Shown here: piece after piece, positions 16,918 to 27,489 of the stretch | How positions within the stretch are numbered: position 1 is the first letter of the stretch | Layout: the number at the start of each line of letters is the position of its first letter | NCBI GenBank assembly: GCA_963512445.1 | Contig: CAUPMS010000004.1 | Coordinates: 53,123 to 117,122, forward strand | Direction: 5' to 3' | DNA length: 64,000 bases | Source: an uncultured Ralstonia sp. | GTDB lineage: Bacteria > Pseudomonadota > Gammaproteobacteria > Burkholderiales > Burkholderiaceae | Program-made: the position numbers and the translations under genes | The notes under the pieces: model-generated | What the model was told of the DNA's origin: nothing | What the model saw: the letters and a program-made list of their open reading frames with translations, nothing else | Databases searched by the model: none

Positions 16918-19161
16918 CTACACCGTGTCGAACGGCAGCTTGCGCTGGCGCTTGCCGGTGAGCGTAAACACCGCGTTGGCCACGGCCGGTGCAATCGGCG
17001 GCGTACCGGGTTCGCCCAGGCCGGTCGGGTTGTCTTCCGACGGCACGAAGAACACGTTCACCGGCGGCGCGTCCGGCATGCGCACGGGCGGGAAGTCGGG
17101 GAAGTTGCTGTTCTTGGTGGCACCGTTCTCGATGTCGATGGCAAAGCCCGGAGCGATCATCGCCAGACCGAACACGCAGGCGCCCTGGATCTGCGCTTCC
17201 GCGCCCATCGGGTTGACCACGCGGTTGGCATGCACACCAGCCGTTACACGATGCACGCGCGGCTTGCCCTGATCGATCGACACCTCAACCACATACGCCA
17301 CCACCGACTCGAACGACGCATGCACTGCCACGCCCCACGCCTGGCCCTTGGGCAGCTTGCGCTTGCCGTAGCCCGACTTGTCAACGGCCAGTTGCAGCGC
17401 CGCGCGATGGCGTTCGTGCTCTTTGCCGGTAAAGCGCGCCAGGCGGAAAGCCACCGGGTCTTGCTTGGCCGCGTGCGCAACCTCGTCGACCATGGTTTCC
17501 ATCACGTAGGCCGTGTGCGTATGGCCCACGGAACGCCACCACAGCACCGGCACGTTCACATCCGGGTGGTGCACCGTCACCTGCATCGGGAAGCCGTAGT
17601 CGTTCTCGATCACGCCCTCGGTCATGGTGCTGTCCACACCGTTCTTGACCATGAAGGCCTCGAACGGCGTGCCCTTGAGGATCGATTGACCGACGATGAC
17701 GTGGTCCCAGCCGACCACCTTGCCGCTGTTATCGACACCCACGTTGACACGGTGCAGATGCATCGGGCGGTAGTAGCCACCGCGAATGTCGTCTTCGCGG
17801 CTCCAGATCACCTTGACGGGGCCGTTGTGCCCAGCCGCCGCATAGGCCTTGGCCACGTTGGCCGCTTCCACCACGTAGTCCGATGTGGTGATCGCACGCC
17901 GGCCGAAACCGCCACCGGCCATCATCGTGTTCAGCTCGATCTTCTCGGGCGGCACGCCAAGCACCTTGGCAATCGCACCCTGGTCGATGGTCTGGAACTG
18001 CGAGCCGACCCACACCTTGGCGCCCGACGTCTTGCCACCGTCTTTCTGCAGATCGATCGTGCAGTTCAGCGGCTCCATCGGCGCGTGGGCGAGGTACGGA
18101 AACTCGTAATCAGCCTGAATGTGCTTCGCAGCGGATTGGATTGCGCTCACATCGGCGGCCTTGGCCACCGTGCCGGGCTGGCCCGCAAGCTTTTTGTACT
18201 CTGCCATCAACGCGGGCGTGGACACGGTCGAACCCGCGTCTTCCCACGTGATCTGCAGCGCGTCGCGGCCCTGCTTGGCCGGCCAGTAGCCATCCGCAAT
18301 GACGGCCACGCCCGTGCCGCCACGGTCGGTCGGGATCTGCAGCACATCGACCACGCCCTTCACTGCCTTGGCCGCTGCCGTGTCGTACTTGGCCACCTTG
18401 CCGCCAAAGCGCGGCGGGCGGGCCAGCACGGCCACCTTCATGTTCGGCAGACGCGTGTCGAGGCCAAACTTGAGCGAGCCGTCGAGCTTTGCGCGTGCAT
18501 CCAGACGCGGCGTCGGCTTGCCGACAATACGAAACTGTGAGGGGTTCTTCAGCGTGACCTGCGCCGGCACCGGCAGCGCCATCGCGGCTTGCGCAAGTTC
18601 ACCGTAGGTGGCGCGGTTGCTGCCCGACGTGATCACGCCATTGGCCGTACGGCACGTCGACGGATCGACCTTCCAGCGCTCAGCCGCTGCGGAGATCAAC
18701 ATCGCACGCGCACGCGCGCCCAGTTCGCGGTATTGCTGAAACGAGTGGTTCAGTGCCGTCGAGCCGCCCGTCATCTGGATACCGAAGCCCGGGTCCTTGT
18801 ACGGGTCCGCCGCCGGCGCGAGCATGCCGCGCACGTTGCGCCAATCCACGTCGAGTTCTTCAGCCAGTGCCATCGGCAGTGCCGTATGAACGCCCTGCCC
18901 AAACTCCAGCCGGTTCACTGCCACGGTGACGGTGTTGTCCGGCGCAATGATGATGAACGCCTGCGGTGCTGAAGGCGGCTTGGCCTTCGCGTCCTGCGCG
19001 CCAGCCAGTACCGGTGCAACCCCCAGCGCAAGACCGCCGCCCGCCAGCGTCGTGAGTTTCAAAAAGCCGCGGCGATCGAGCGTCGCAGCGCCGGCGTCAG
19101 CAGATGCCGGTTGATGTTGCGCGCCGCCACCGGCCAGCGCTTCAAGATTTCGGATACGCAT
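16918..19161 (-). CDS. Xanthine dehydrogenase family molybdopterin-binding subunit (IorB-type) with Tat signal
   Basis: LDRRGFLKL twin-arginine motif, EFGQG, TGGS, HAPMEP, GGGFGRR, WWRSV and GLGEPG. Confidence 0.93.
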   Translation of the reverse strand: MRIRNLEALAGGGAQHQPASADAGAATLDRRGFLKLTTLAGGGLALGVAPVLAGAQDAKAKPPSAPQAFIIIAPDNTVTVAVNRLEFGQGVHTALPMALAEELDVDWRNVRGMLAPAADPYKDPGFGIQMTGGSTALNHSFQQYRELGARARAMLISAAAERWKVDPSTCRTANGVITSGSNRATYGELAQAAMALPVPAQVTLKNPSQFRIVGKPTPRLDARAKLDGSLKFGLDTRLPNMKVAVLARPPRFGGKVAKYDTAAAKAVKGVVDVLQIPTDRGGTGVAVIADGYWPAKQGRDALQITWEDAGSTVSTPALMAEYKKLAGQPGTVAKAADVSAIQSAAKHIQADYEFPYLAHAPMEPLNCTIDLQKDGGKTSGAKVWVGSQFQTIDQGAIAKVLGVPPEKIELNTMMAGGGFGRRAITTSDYVVEAANVAKAYAAAGHNGPVKVIWSREDDIRGGYYRPMHLHRVNVGVDNSGKVVGWDHVIVGQSILKGTPFEAFMVKNGVDSTMTEGVIENDYGFPMQVTVHHPDVNVPVLWWRSVGHTHTAYVMETMVDEVAHAAKQDPVAFRLARFTGKEHERHRAALQLAVDKSGYGKRKLPKGQAWGVAVHASFESVVAYVVEVSIDQGKPRVHRVTAGVHANRVVNPMGAEAQIQGACVFGLAMIAPGFAIDIENGATKNSNFPDFPPVRMPDAPPVNVFFVPSEDNPTGLGEPGTPPIAPAVANAVFTLTGKRQRKLPFDTV

Positions 19162-19181
19162 CGTGACTTCTCCGGTGGGGC

Positions 19182-19640
<459 letters not shown>

Positions 19641-20312
19641 GGTGGGGATTCTCCTTGTGGGGCCTCATGGGGCGTAATGGAGTCGCACCGTTATGTAGCA
19701 TTGGATACAGCGTTTTCTCGGTACGAGCGGGGTGTATTAAAGCAGGTTCGCAACAGTTTTGCAGACGGCGCCCAGTTACTGGCACGCGCCTGCGCCGGGC
19801 CAACACCAGCCAGGGCGATAGTCGTCGAGCCAGCTCCGCAGGTTGGCATCGGACTGATGGCAAGACGCCCGCCGGCGACCGCAGTGTGGGCTGCTACCCC
19901 AGGGCCAATTCTTTACCTCGATCACGCCAACCACAAATCAAAAAGGTCATGACAATGCCGGCACAAACAAGACCGGGATGGGCTGAATTTCGAAGCTAGG
20001 CGTTATCTGTACAAGCTTGCGCAGTCGGGGTTTCAAGCGTTCGCCCCGGCGCTGAATCGGTAACAAATCAGCCAAATAAAGATAAAAAAATTTGCTGAGT
20101 ACGGCACGCCCAGCACACACACACTCCAGCAGACGGGCCTTCTCGCGAGTGCTCAGTCGCACTGAATCTCACACGGATGCCCAGCCAAACCGCTTGCCAA
20201 TGACTCGACACGTGAGCCGCCCACCCGACCGCTTGTGAAGCCTGCTGGCTAAGCACTCTGGACATCGTTTCATCATCGGATCAGCATAATCCTGGTCCGA
20301 TTTAGGTGGGGA

Positions 20313-20403
20313 TTACCATAAAAATGCCCCATGGTAAGGCGGCACAATTTATTTAATATTTTTCTTATAACGACACAATTTATTTAATATTTTCCATCAT
20401 AAC
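20313..20403. repeat. AT-rich control region: palindrome plus tandem direct repeat
   Basis: TTACCAT-N11-ATGGTAA at 20313-20337; CACAATTTATTTAATATTTT at 20343-20362 and 20374-20393 (31-bp period). Confidence 0.75.
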
Positions 20404-20657
20404 AAAAAACACCATTCAAAACCCGCCTATTGCCTGTGGGAAAAGATAATAATCCCAGCTTTGATCGGCAGCACTGGCATCGCGACACAAAAACCGTCGC
20501 CGATAGCTGAGCGACCGCCACGCCACACACCTTATGACGCAAGCCAAACAAGACAATGCATTACACCTGTACAGCAACCGAACCGCCCGTCGATGGCGCG
20601 CCCCACCAGCAACCCGGTTCAAAATTGAATCCTGCAGTTTTTAAAAAGGGCGGCGTG

Positions 20658-21392
20658 ATGTTTGCCGCCGAAATGCAAGGAATCGTCAAAGATTACTGGC
20701 TTGACCAAGTCAAGGTTCCCGCCATCTGCGATGCCGGACTCGAAATCGCCAATGGAAGATTCACGGTATTGGCGGGGCCTTCCGGCAGCGGAAAAAGCAC
20801 GCTGCTCCACCTGCTTGGCGGCATCGACAGGCCCGAGGCGGGCATAGTCAAGGTAGCGGGCCACAACTTGGCCGAGCTGTCCGACGACGCGCTTAGCGAC
20901 TTCCGTGCGCGCCACATCGGTTTCGTTTTCCAGAACTTCAATCTGCTGCCCGTTCTGTCGGCGTATGAAAACGTCGAATATCCACTATGGTTGCAACGCG
21001 TGCCGGGTGCCGAGCGAAAAGCGCGCGTGATGGAGATGCTGGATGAAGTCGGCCTGGCCGACAAGGCGCAGCATCGCCCGGGCCAACTGTCTGGCGGCCA
21101 GCGCCAGCGGGTCGCCATCGCGCGTGCGCTGGTACATCGGCCGGCGCTGGTACTCGCCGACGAGCCGACCGCGAACCTTGACAGCCTGACCGGCCGGTCC
21201 ATTCTGGCGCTGCTGCGCCGGCTTCAGCGCGAGCACGCGGTCGCCGTGGTGTTCTCCGCCCACGATCCCCAAGTGATCGCCGCCGCCGACGATCTGCACC
21301 ACGTGAGCGATGGCAAGGTGAAACGCCAGGAACGCGATACGCCTGCACGTTGGCGCTCTACCGAACACAAGGCGGCAGCAGCATGCAATTGA
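20658..21392 (+). CDS. ABC transporter ATP-binding protein (LolD/MacB-like)
   Basis: GPSGSGKST, FQNFNL, LSGGQRQRVAIAR, ADEPTANLD and H-loop SAHD. Confidence 0.95.
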   Translation: MFAAEMQGIVKDYWLDQVKVPAICDAGLEIANGRFTVLAGPSGSGKSTLLHLLGGIDRPEAGIVKVAGHNLAELSDDALSDFRARHIGFVFQNFNLLPVLSAYENVEYPLWLQRVPGAERKARVMEMLDEVGLADKAQHRPGQLSGGQRQRVAIARALVHRPALVLADEPTANLDSLTGRSILALLRRLQREHAVAVVFSAHDPQVIAAADDLHHVSDGKVKRQERDTPARWRSTEHKAAAACN

Positions 21393-22783
21393 TCATGCTG
21401 GCGTGGCGCAACCTGCTGCGCAATCGCCGCCGCACACTGGCGACGTTGTTGACCATGATCGTGGGCATGGTCGGGATATTGCTGTTTGGCGGCTTCAATC
21501 GTGCCGTGCAGTACGGCCTGGAAACCGCGTTTGTGCGCGGGCTCGGCCATTTGCAGATCCAGCACCGTGATTACCTGCAATACGGCAGCGGCAATCCGAC
21601 GGAATATGCGCTGCGTGACTATCGCCGCATCCAACAGACCATCGCGGCCGATCCCATCCTCGCGCCAATGCTGACAGCGGCCACGCCTATCCTGAACATG
21701 GGTGGCGTCGCCGGACATTACGCGACCGGTGCGTCGCGCCCTGTATTCGTGCAGGGAACCGAGCCGGAAGGGCAGAACCTCTTGCGGCACTGGGACGCCC
21801 ACGGCGTGGGGGCCCCATTCCTGCCGTCGGGGCTGACCGATACGGCACCCAATGCAGCGATTCTCGGACGCAGTCTTGCCATCACACTCGGCCTGCCTAT
21901 CGACGGCGAAAACAGCGGCCCGCCGCCGACGCAAACGCAAACGCAAATGCAGTCGGCCGACGTAGCGCCACTGCCTTCCGATCTGGCGGCGCTCGTTGAA
22001 GACACTGCTGCCGCAACCGAAAAGGGAAACGGCGACGCCCGGATCGAATTGCTGACCGCGACGGCGGCGGGCGCACCCAACGTCGGCCGCCTGCAAGTCG
22101 TCGGCCTTGAAAGGCAGGGGGCGCGTGAACTCGACGACATCTACGTCGGCCTGCATCTGGCACAAGCCCAGCGCCTGCTCTATGGCAATGGCGAGCCCAT
22201 GGCCACGGCGGTGATCCTGCAATTGCGCGACACATCGATGATCCCGGCGGCACGAGCCCGGCTCGAACATCTTTTTCAGAATGGGCTGAGCACGCAGCCG
22301 CTGGCGGTGCACGACTTCGCCACGCTGCAGCCGCTATACGGGCGCATCGTCGACATGTTTGGCCTCATCTTCGGCTTCGTCACTGTGCTGATCGCGTGTG
22401 TGGCGCTGTTCACGGTCAGCAACACCATGAACATGGCGGTCATGGAGCGCACGCTGGAAATCGGCACGCTGCGCTCCATCGGCCTGAGGCGGGGCGGCAT
22501 TCAGCGGCTTTTCCTGTGCGAAGGCGCGCTGCTCGGCGCGCTGGGCTGCGCGTGCGGCTTGTTGATCTCGCTTGCGTCGTCCTGGCTGATCAACCATGCC
22601 GGCATGACGTGGTTGCCTCCCGGCGTGACCGAGCCCAGCCAGATCGTCATCCGCATCTGGGGTGAACCCCGCCTGATCCTGACGACGACGCTCGGCCTGG
22701 TGGCAGTTGCGCTGCTGTCGTCATGGCTGCCCGCCCGGCGTGCAGCGCGTGCCAACATTGTGACGGCCCTGCGGCACGCATGA
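21383..22783 (+). CDS. ABC permease of FtsX/MacB/LolC-E type with large periplasmic domain
   Basis: LAWRNLLRNRRRT, one TM, a long periplasmic domain, ERTLEIGTLRSIG, three C-terminal TMs and PARRAA. Confidence 0.92.
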   Translation: MQLIMLAWRNLLRNRRRTLATLLTMIVGMVGILLFGGFNRAVQYGLETAFVRGLGHLQIQHRDYLQYGSGNPTEYALRDYRRIQQTIAADPILAPMLTAATPILNMGGVAGHYATGASRPVFVQGTEPEGQNLLRHWDAHGVGAPFLPSGLTDTAPNAAILGRSLAITLGLPIDGENSGPPPTQTQTQMQSADVAPLPSDLAALVEDTAAATEKGNGDARIELLTATAAGAPNVGRLQVVGLERQGARELDDIYVGLHLAQAQRLLYGNGEPMATAVILQLRDTSMIPAARARLEHLFQNGLSTQPLAVHDFATLQPLYGRIVDMFGLIFGFVTVLIACVALFTVSNTMNMAVMERTLEIGTLRSIGLRRGGIQRLFLCEGALLGALGCACGLLISLASSWLINHAGMTWLPPGVTEPSQIVIRIWGEPRLILTTTLGLVAVALLSSWLPARRAARANIVTALRHA

Positions 22784-22816
22784 ACGCATCCGCCCGTCAA
22801 CGGAGATATCGAAACC

Positions 22817-23641
22817 ATGAGCAACGCAAATTCGCGCAGCGGCCTCGCCAGGCTTTTGCGCCGCGCAGTGACTGGCCTGGGCCTGATGTGCGCACTATTC
22901 CTGGGTGGCGGCGTGCAGATTGCATGGGCTGCGCCCAACGCGCAAGAGATCCTGGCGCTGAGCGATGAAGTGCGTAACCCCGGCAAATCGTTCAGCCTGA
23001 AAATCGACCTGGTCGGCTACAAGCAAGGCAAAGCCGATGAATCCAGCACGCTGGTGCTGTATTCGCGCGCAGACCCGAACCGCGGACAATTCCGCAGTCT
23101 GCTGCGCTACGTAAGCCCGCAACGCGACGCCGGCAAGCTGACGCTGAAAAGCGGCAAGGATCTGTGGGTATACGACCCGAACAGCAAAGCCAGCATCCCG
23201 ATCTCTCCGCAACAGCGCTTGCTCGGACAGGCGTCGAACGGCGATGTCATGACGGTGAACTGGGCACTCGACTATGACGCAAAACTGGTGGCAGAAGACA
23301 CCATCGTCGACGGCGAACGGCAGTCGCGCGAGACCTACAAGCTCCGGCTAACCGCGCGCCGGCCCGACGTGACCTACGGCGCGATTAATCTGTGGGTTGA
23401 CCGCCAGGGCTACCGCACCCGCAAGGCACTGTTCTACGCGTCCAGCGGCGAACTCCTCAAGACGGCCTACTACCGTCGCTACCAGCAGGCCCTCGGCCGA
23501 GATCGCCCCACCGAGACGGTCATCATCGACGGGCTGAACGCGCAATGGGTCACGGTGATGCGATGGAGCGACTTTGCCTGGCGTGACGTGCCCGAAGCCT
23601 GGCTGCAGCGCGACTATCTGCCCCGTTTCCGCGCCGAATAG
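22817..23641 (+). CDS. Outer-membrane lipoprotein-sorting protein (LolA-like fold)
   Basis: Signal peptide, then LWVYDP...ISPQQRLLG...NGDV, TYGAINLWVD and FYASSGELLKT, typical of this family. Confidence 0.82.
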   Translation: MSNANSRSGLARLLRRAVTGLGLMCALFLGGGVQIAWAAPNAQEILALSDEVRNPGKSFSLKIDLVGYKQGKADESSTLVLYSRADPNRGQFRSLLRYVSPQRDAGKLTLKSGKDLWVYDPNSKASIPISPQQRLLGQASNGDVMTVNWALDYDAKLVAEDTIVDGERQSRETYKLRLTARRPDVTYGAINLWVDRQGYRTRKALFYASSGELLKTAYYRRYQQALGRDRPTETVIIDGLNAQWVTVMRWSDFAWRDVPEAWLQRDYLPRFRAE

Positions 23642-23717
23642 CGTGGTGAACCGCACCAGCCCGCAAGCGGGCTTGGTGCGCGATCCCGACCGCCCCCCCC
23701 GAACGCAGAACCCGCGC

Positions 23718-25097
23718 ATGCCATTCCTCACCAATCTCCGTTTCATCATGCTCTTGCTGCCGCTTGGCAGTGCGGCCACCGCGCGAGCCCAAGACGACGG
23801 CACCCCGCAACCCGCGGATGAAGCCGCGCTGGAAGAACCGCGACAGAAACGGCTAGAGCCTCAAGACAACCAAGAGAGCGATCCGGACGCATCCGCAAGC
23901 ACACGGCCCGATGACGACGAAGCGCTGCAGCTTGCGCTGCAACTCGCCGATGACACCCAGTTCAAAGAGCGGCGCTCGCGCGACCTGAAACTGCAAGTGG
24001 ACGTTGCCACAATGGACTCGCAGGGCAGAAATACGCAACGGCTATCGCTCGACGCACGCTGGGACGGCCGCCTGAGCCCCGAGTGGCGGGCCGTCTTGGC
24101 CAACCGTGTGGATTGGAACCTGTCGCACGCGCTGCAGAGCGGGCGTGCCGTCAACCTGCTCAAAGAAGCGTACGTCAGCCATGAGTTCGACCAGCGCACG
24201 ATGATCGATGCAGGCCGCATCAACACCCGCTATGGTGTGGCACTCGGCTACAACCCGACCGATTTCCTCGGTGCGGGCACCGTGCGCTCCGTCGTCTCGC
24301 CCGATCCGGACAGTGTGCGTCAGAACCGCCTTGGCAACGCCATGGTGCGCGGGCAAAAGGTCTGGAGCCGCGCCTCCGTGACGGCGATTTGGTCGCCCAA
24401 ACTTGCAGACCGGCCCAACCAGAGCGGCGGCAGCCTGGACTGGGGAGCAAGCAACCCAAGGCAGCGGTTCCTCTTGGCTGGCAGCTATCGGTTTGCGGAA
24501 AACCTCAACCCGCAATGGCTGCTGTTGCAGGAACAAGGCCGTTCGCCGCAACTGGGGTTCAACGTTTCACGCGTGCTGACCGACTCCACCGTCGCCTATC
24601 TGGAATGGGCGGGAGGGCGGCAGCAAGGCGCATGGCAGCAATGGCAGACGCCCGGCAGCCCCGCCGGAACAGTCGCCTGGCGTAACCGCTTCGCCACCGG
24701 CCTTACCTGGACCGGCAATAACAAGCTGAGCGTGACACTGGAAGGCCAATACGACGGCGCCGCCCCCGATACGGCCGAATGGAAAGCGCTACGATCCGGC
24801 CCCGCTTATCAGGCCTACCTCAGCCAGAACGCCTACAGCGGCAATCTGGCGACGCGGCGCGCGGCGCTCGCGTACGTCCGCTGGCAGGATGCATTTGTAA
24901 CCCACCTGGATCTCACCGCGATGCGATCGTCCGACCTGGTTGACCACAGCGCGCTGAACTGGGTGGAAGCCCGCTATCACGCGGGATCGGTCGACCTGGC
25001 CTTGCAATGGCAGCGCATCACCGGTGCGTCAAATACACGATACGGTGCGAATCCGGCACGGCAAACGTGGCAGTTTGTGCTCAGTTACTATTCTTGA
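23718..25097 (+). CDS. Hypothetical exported protein, probable outer-membrane beta-barrel
   Basis: Signal-like N-terminus, acidic linker, LKEAY and GRINTRYGVALGYNPTDF, alternating aromatic strands, C-terminus TWQFVLSYYS. The start could instead be GTG 23643 or 23646. Confidence 0.75.
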   Translation: MPFLTNLRFIMLLLPLGSAATARAQDDGTPQPADEAALEEPRQKRLEPQDNQESDPDASASTRPDDDEALQLALQLADDTQFKERRSRDLKLQVDVATMDSQGRNTQRLSLDARWDGRLSPEWRAVLANRVDWNLSHALQSGRAVNLLKEAYVSHEFDQRTMIDAGRINTRYGVALGYNPTDFLGAGTVRSVVSPDPDSVRQNRLGNAMVRGQKVWSRASVTAIWSPKLADRPNQSGGSLDWGASNPRQRFLLAGSYRFAENLNPQWLLLQEQGRSPQLGFNVSRVLTDSTVAYLEWAGGRQQGAWQQWQTPGSPAGTVAWRNRFATGLTWTGNNKLSVTLEGQYDGAAPDTAEWKALRSGPAYQAYLSQNAYSGNLATRRAALAYVRWQDAFVTHLDLTAMRSSDLVDHSALNWVEARYHAGSVDLALQWQRITGASNTRYGANPARQTWQFVLSYYS

Positions 25098-25221
25098 CGA
25101 TCTGTATTGCAAAGGAGCTTGGCTACCGCAAGCCTGTCGCCGGGCCGGCCCCGCATTCCAGCAAGCCGAACGCGGCGCAAGAATGCGGCCGATCCGTACT
25201 GTGCGCTGGCAAGATACCGCC

Positions 25222-25250
25222 TTGACAAGCCAACTTTCCGACGGCAACAT
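25222..25250 (+). promoter_or_regulatory. sigma70-type promoter of the leuA leader
   Basis: TTGACA (25222-25227), 17 bp, CAACAT (25245-25250); predicted +1 coincides with the leader ATG 25257. Confidence 0.55.
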
Positions 25251-25256
25251 TGCTCG

Positions 25257-25349
25257 ATGCACTCTCAGCAGACCATCCCCCAAACCGCTCCTGCCCGCAC
25301 CCTCTCGTGCGAGCGCGGTCTGCTATCCGCTTCTCTACTACGCGTGTAA
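25257..25349 (+). CDS. Putative leuA leader (attenuator) peptide, 30 aa
   Basis: MHSQQTIPQTAPARTLSCERGLLSASLLRV. Ends CTG CTA TCC GCT TCT CTA CTA CGC GTG TAA, with three rare CTA Leu codons overlapping the hairpin CTACGCGT-GTAA-ACGCGTAG. Confidence 0.65.
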   Translation: MHSQQTIPQTAPARTLSCERGLLSASLLRV

Positions 25350-25649
25350 ACGCGTAGACCTCTCTTTCCCCCTCGTTCCGGTGTTTGACCGGTCCGTGCC
25401 GTAACCGGTGATGGACCTTGTGTGGCGCCTCATGTAGCACAACGGGTGCGCCGAATCGTTGGAGCCGCGCATGCCCACCTCGATCCCGCTTTCGCTACGA
25501 CGACTGATCCTACCGATCGGCGTCCAGACCACGCGCCCGTGGCTGTCTGGCCGCCACACCCTCACCCAGATTCCGGCCACGCCGGACGCCGCGCGCGCGG
25601 TCGTCCCCGACGTAATCCACCGATCTCGATCTCACAGGACGCACACACC

Positions 25650-27362
25650 ATGTTGAAGAACCCCGCCACCAAGTACCACCCCTTCCCCGCCATCGCCCTC
25701 GCCGATCGCACCTGGCCCAGCAAGACCATCACCCGCGCCCCGATCTGGATGAGCACGGACCTGCGCGATGGCAACCAGGCCCTGTTCGAGCCCATGAACG
25801 CCGAGCGCAAGATGCGCATGTTCAAGATGCTCGTGCAGATCGGCTTCAAGGAAATCGAAGCCGCTTTCCCCGCCGCCTCCCAAACCGATTTTGATTTTGT
25901 ACGCGAGTTGATCGAGGGTGGACACATCCCCGACGGCGTAGCCATCGAAGTGCTCACGCAGGCGCGCGAAGACCTGATTCGCCGCACGATGGAATCGCTG
26001 CGCGGTGCCAAGAAAGCCATCATCCACGTCTACAACGCAACAGCGCCGGTATTCCGCCGCACGGTGTTCAACACCGACCGCGAAGGCGTCAAGCGCATTG
26101 CCGTGCAAAGCGCCAGGCTGATCCGCGAGATTGCACAGACGATGCCCGAGACACAGTGGACGTATCAATACAGCCCTGAAGTCTTCAGCGGCACCGAACT
26201 GGATTTCGCGCTCGAAGTTTGTAACGCGGTGACCGAGGTCTGGGAGCCGACGCCCGAGCATAAGATCATCTTCAACCTGCCGGCCACCGTGGAGATGGCC
26301 ACACCCAACATCTACGCCGACCAGATCGAGTGGATGCACCGGAACCTGGCGCGCCGCGATTCGATCATCCTCTCGGTGCATCCGCACAATGACCGTGGCA
26401 CCGCCGTGGCAGCGGCCGAGCTTGCCGTGATGGCCGGCGCCGACCGCGTGGAAGGCTGCCTGTTCGGCAACGGCGAGCGCACCGGCAACGTGGATCTCGT
26501 CACGCTGGCGCTGAACCTGTATTCGCAAGGCGTTGATCCGGAACTCGATTTCTCGCACATCAATGACGTGGCACGCACGTGCGAAGACTGCACGCAACTG
26601 CCGGTGCATCCGCGCCATCCGTATGTGGGCGATCTGGTATTCACGGCGTTCTCGGGCTCGCATCAGGATGCGATCAAGAAAGGCTTTGCGGTGCAGAAAC
26701 CCGATGCGCTGTGGGAAATGCCCTACCTGCCGATCGATCCCGCCGATGTGGGCCGCACGTACGATTCGATCATTCGCGTGAACAGCCAGTCGGGCAAGGG
26801 CGGCATCGCGTATCTGCTCGAATCCGGCTATGGCATGGCGATGCCGCGCCGCCTGCAGGTGGAGTTCAGCAGCACCGTGCAGCAACTGACCGATGAAAGC
26901 GGCCGCGAAGCCACCGGCGCTGACATCTGGGCGCTGTTCCAGCACACCTATCTTCGCGGCGACGGCACCATCGGCTATGTGTCGCACCGCCTGACCGAGC
27001 GTGACGACGGCAGCCAGCACATCCGCCTGGTGGTCAACATTGCTGATCACGAGCACATCTGCGAAGGCACTGGCAACGGGCCGCTGGACGCGCTGGTGCA
27101 TGCGCTGTCGTACGTGCTGACGGCGCCCGTGTCGATCCATCACTACGAAGAACGCGCGTTGGGCCAGGGCGCCAATGCCGATGCCATCGCGTTTGCAGAA
27201 ATGGCCGCACCAGGCGTGGCGGGTAGCGTGTTCGGCGTTGGTGTGGATGCCAACCTGACCACGGCGTCGATCCGCGCGGTGGTGGGTGGCGTGAACCGCC
27301 TGATCGCACGTGCGGGCAACGGCATGCTGCATAGCGGCAAGAGCGAGACGCAAGCGGTGTAA
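25650..27362 (+). CDS. leuA: 2-isopropylmalate synthase (LeuA2/yeast-like type)
   Basis: [52 protein letters not shown] and a C-terminal regulatory domain. Confidence 0.97.
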   Translation: MLKNPATKYHPFPAIALADRTWPSKTITRAPIWMSTDLRDGNQALFEPMNAERKMRMFKMLVQIGFKEIEAAFPAASQTDFDFVRELIEGGHIPDGVAIEVLTQAREDLIRRTMESLRGAKKAIIHVYNATAPVFRRTVFNTDREGVKRIAVQSARLIREIAQTMPETQWTYQYSPEVFSGTELDFALEVCNAVTEVWEPTPEHKIIFNLPATVEMATPNIYADQIEWMHRNLARRDSIILSVHPHNDRGTAVAAAELAVMAGADRVEGCLFGNGERTGNVDLVTLALNLYSQGVDPELDFSHINDVARTCEDCTQLPVHPRHPYVGDLVFTAFSGSHQDAIKKGFAVQKPDALWEMPYLPIDPADVGRTYDSIIRVNSQSGKGGIAYLLESGYGMAMPRRLQVEFSSTVQQLTDESGREATGADIWALFQHTYLRGDGTIGYVSHRLTERDDGSQHIRLVVNIADHEHICEGTGNGPLDALVHALSYVLTAPVSIHHYEERALGQGANADAIAFAEMAAPGVAGSVFGVGVDANLTTASIRAVVGGVNRLIARAGNGMLHSGKSETQAV

Positions 27363-27489
27363 CGCGCAAGTCGGCCTCACGCTGTGGAGCGCCAGTTGCT
27401 AAATTGGAGAGATGCGGCCCGTGCGATGCGCGGGTCCATCCCATCCGAAGCGCGCCCGCGTGCACATCCACTGCCACAGGAGAACCGAC

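Noticed and set aside
19641..19920. Moco or c-di-GMP riboswitch upstream of the molybdoenzyme
   Set aside because: I could not find the conserved core motifs by eye on either strand. An Rfam/Infernal scan would settle it.
19949..19999. Short ORF MTMPAQTRPGWAEFRS as a possible peptide cargo or RiPP precursor for the ABC module
   Set aside because: Only a weak RBS, about 650 bp from the operon, and no modifying enzyme or leader features in the window. It cannot be supported.
20068..20276. Small minus-strand Cys-containing ORFs (e.g. MMKRCPECL...)
   Set aside because: No RBS or coding-like codon pattern; probably chance.
21929..21946. (ACGCAA)x3 in the permease as a contingency repeat
   Set aside because: In-frame hexamer encoding TQTQTQ in a linker; too short to imply switching.
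25632..27380. Long antisense or alternative-frame ORFs (also 1256-2470, 9572-11203, 29137-30855, 30740-32260, 45716-47467, 56018-57586)
   Set aside because: Shadow ORFs expected in high-GC coding DNA. They have no motifs and overlap well-supported genes.
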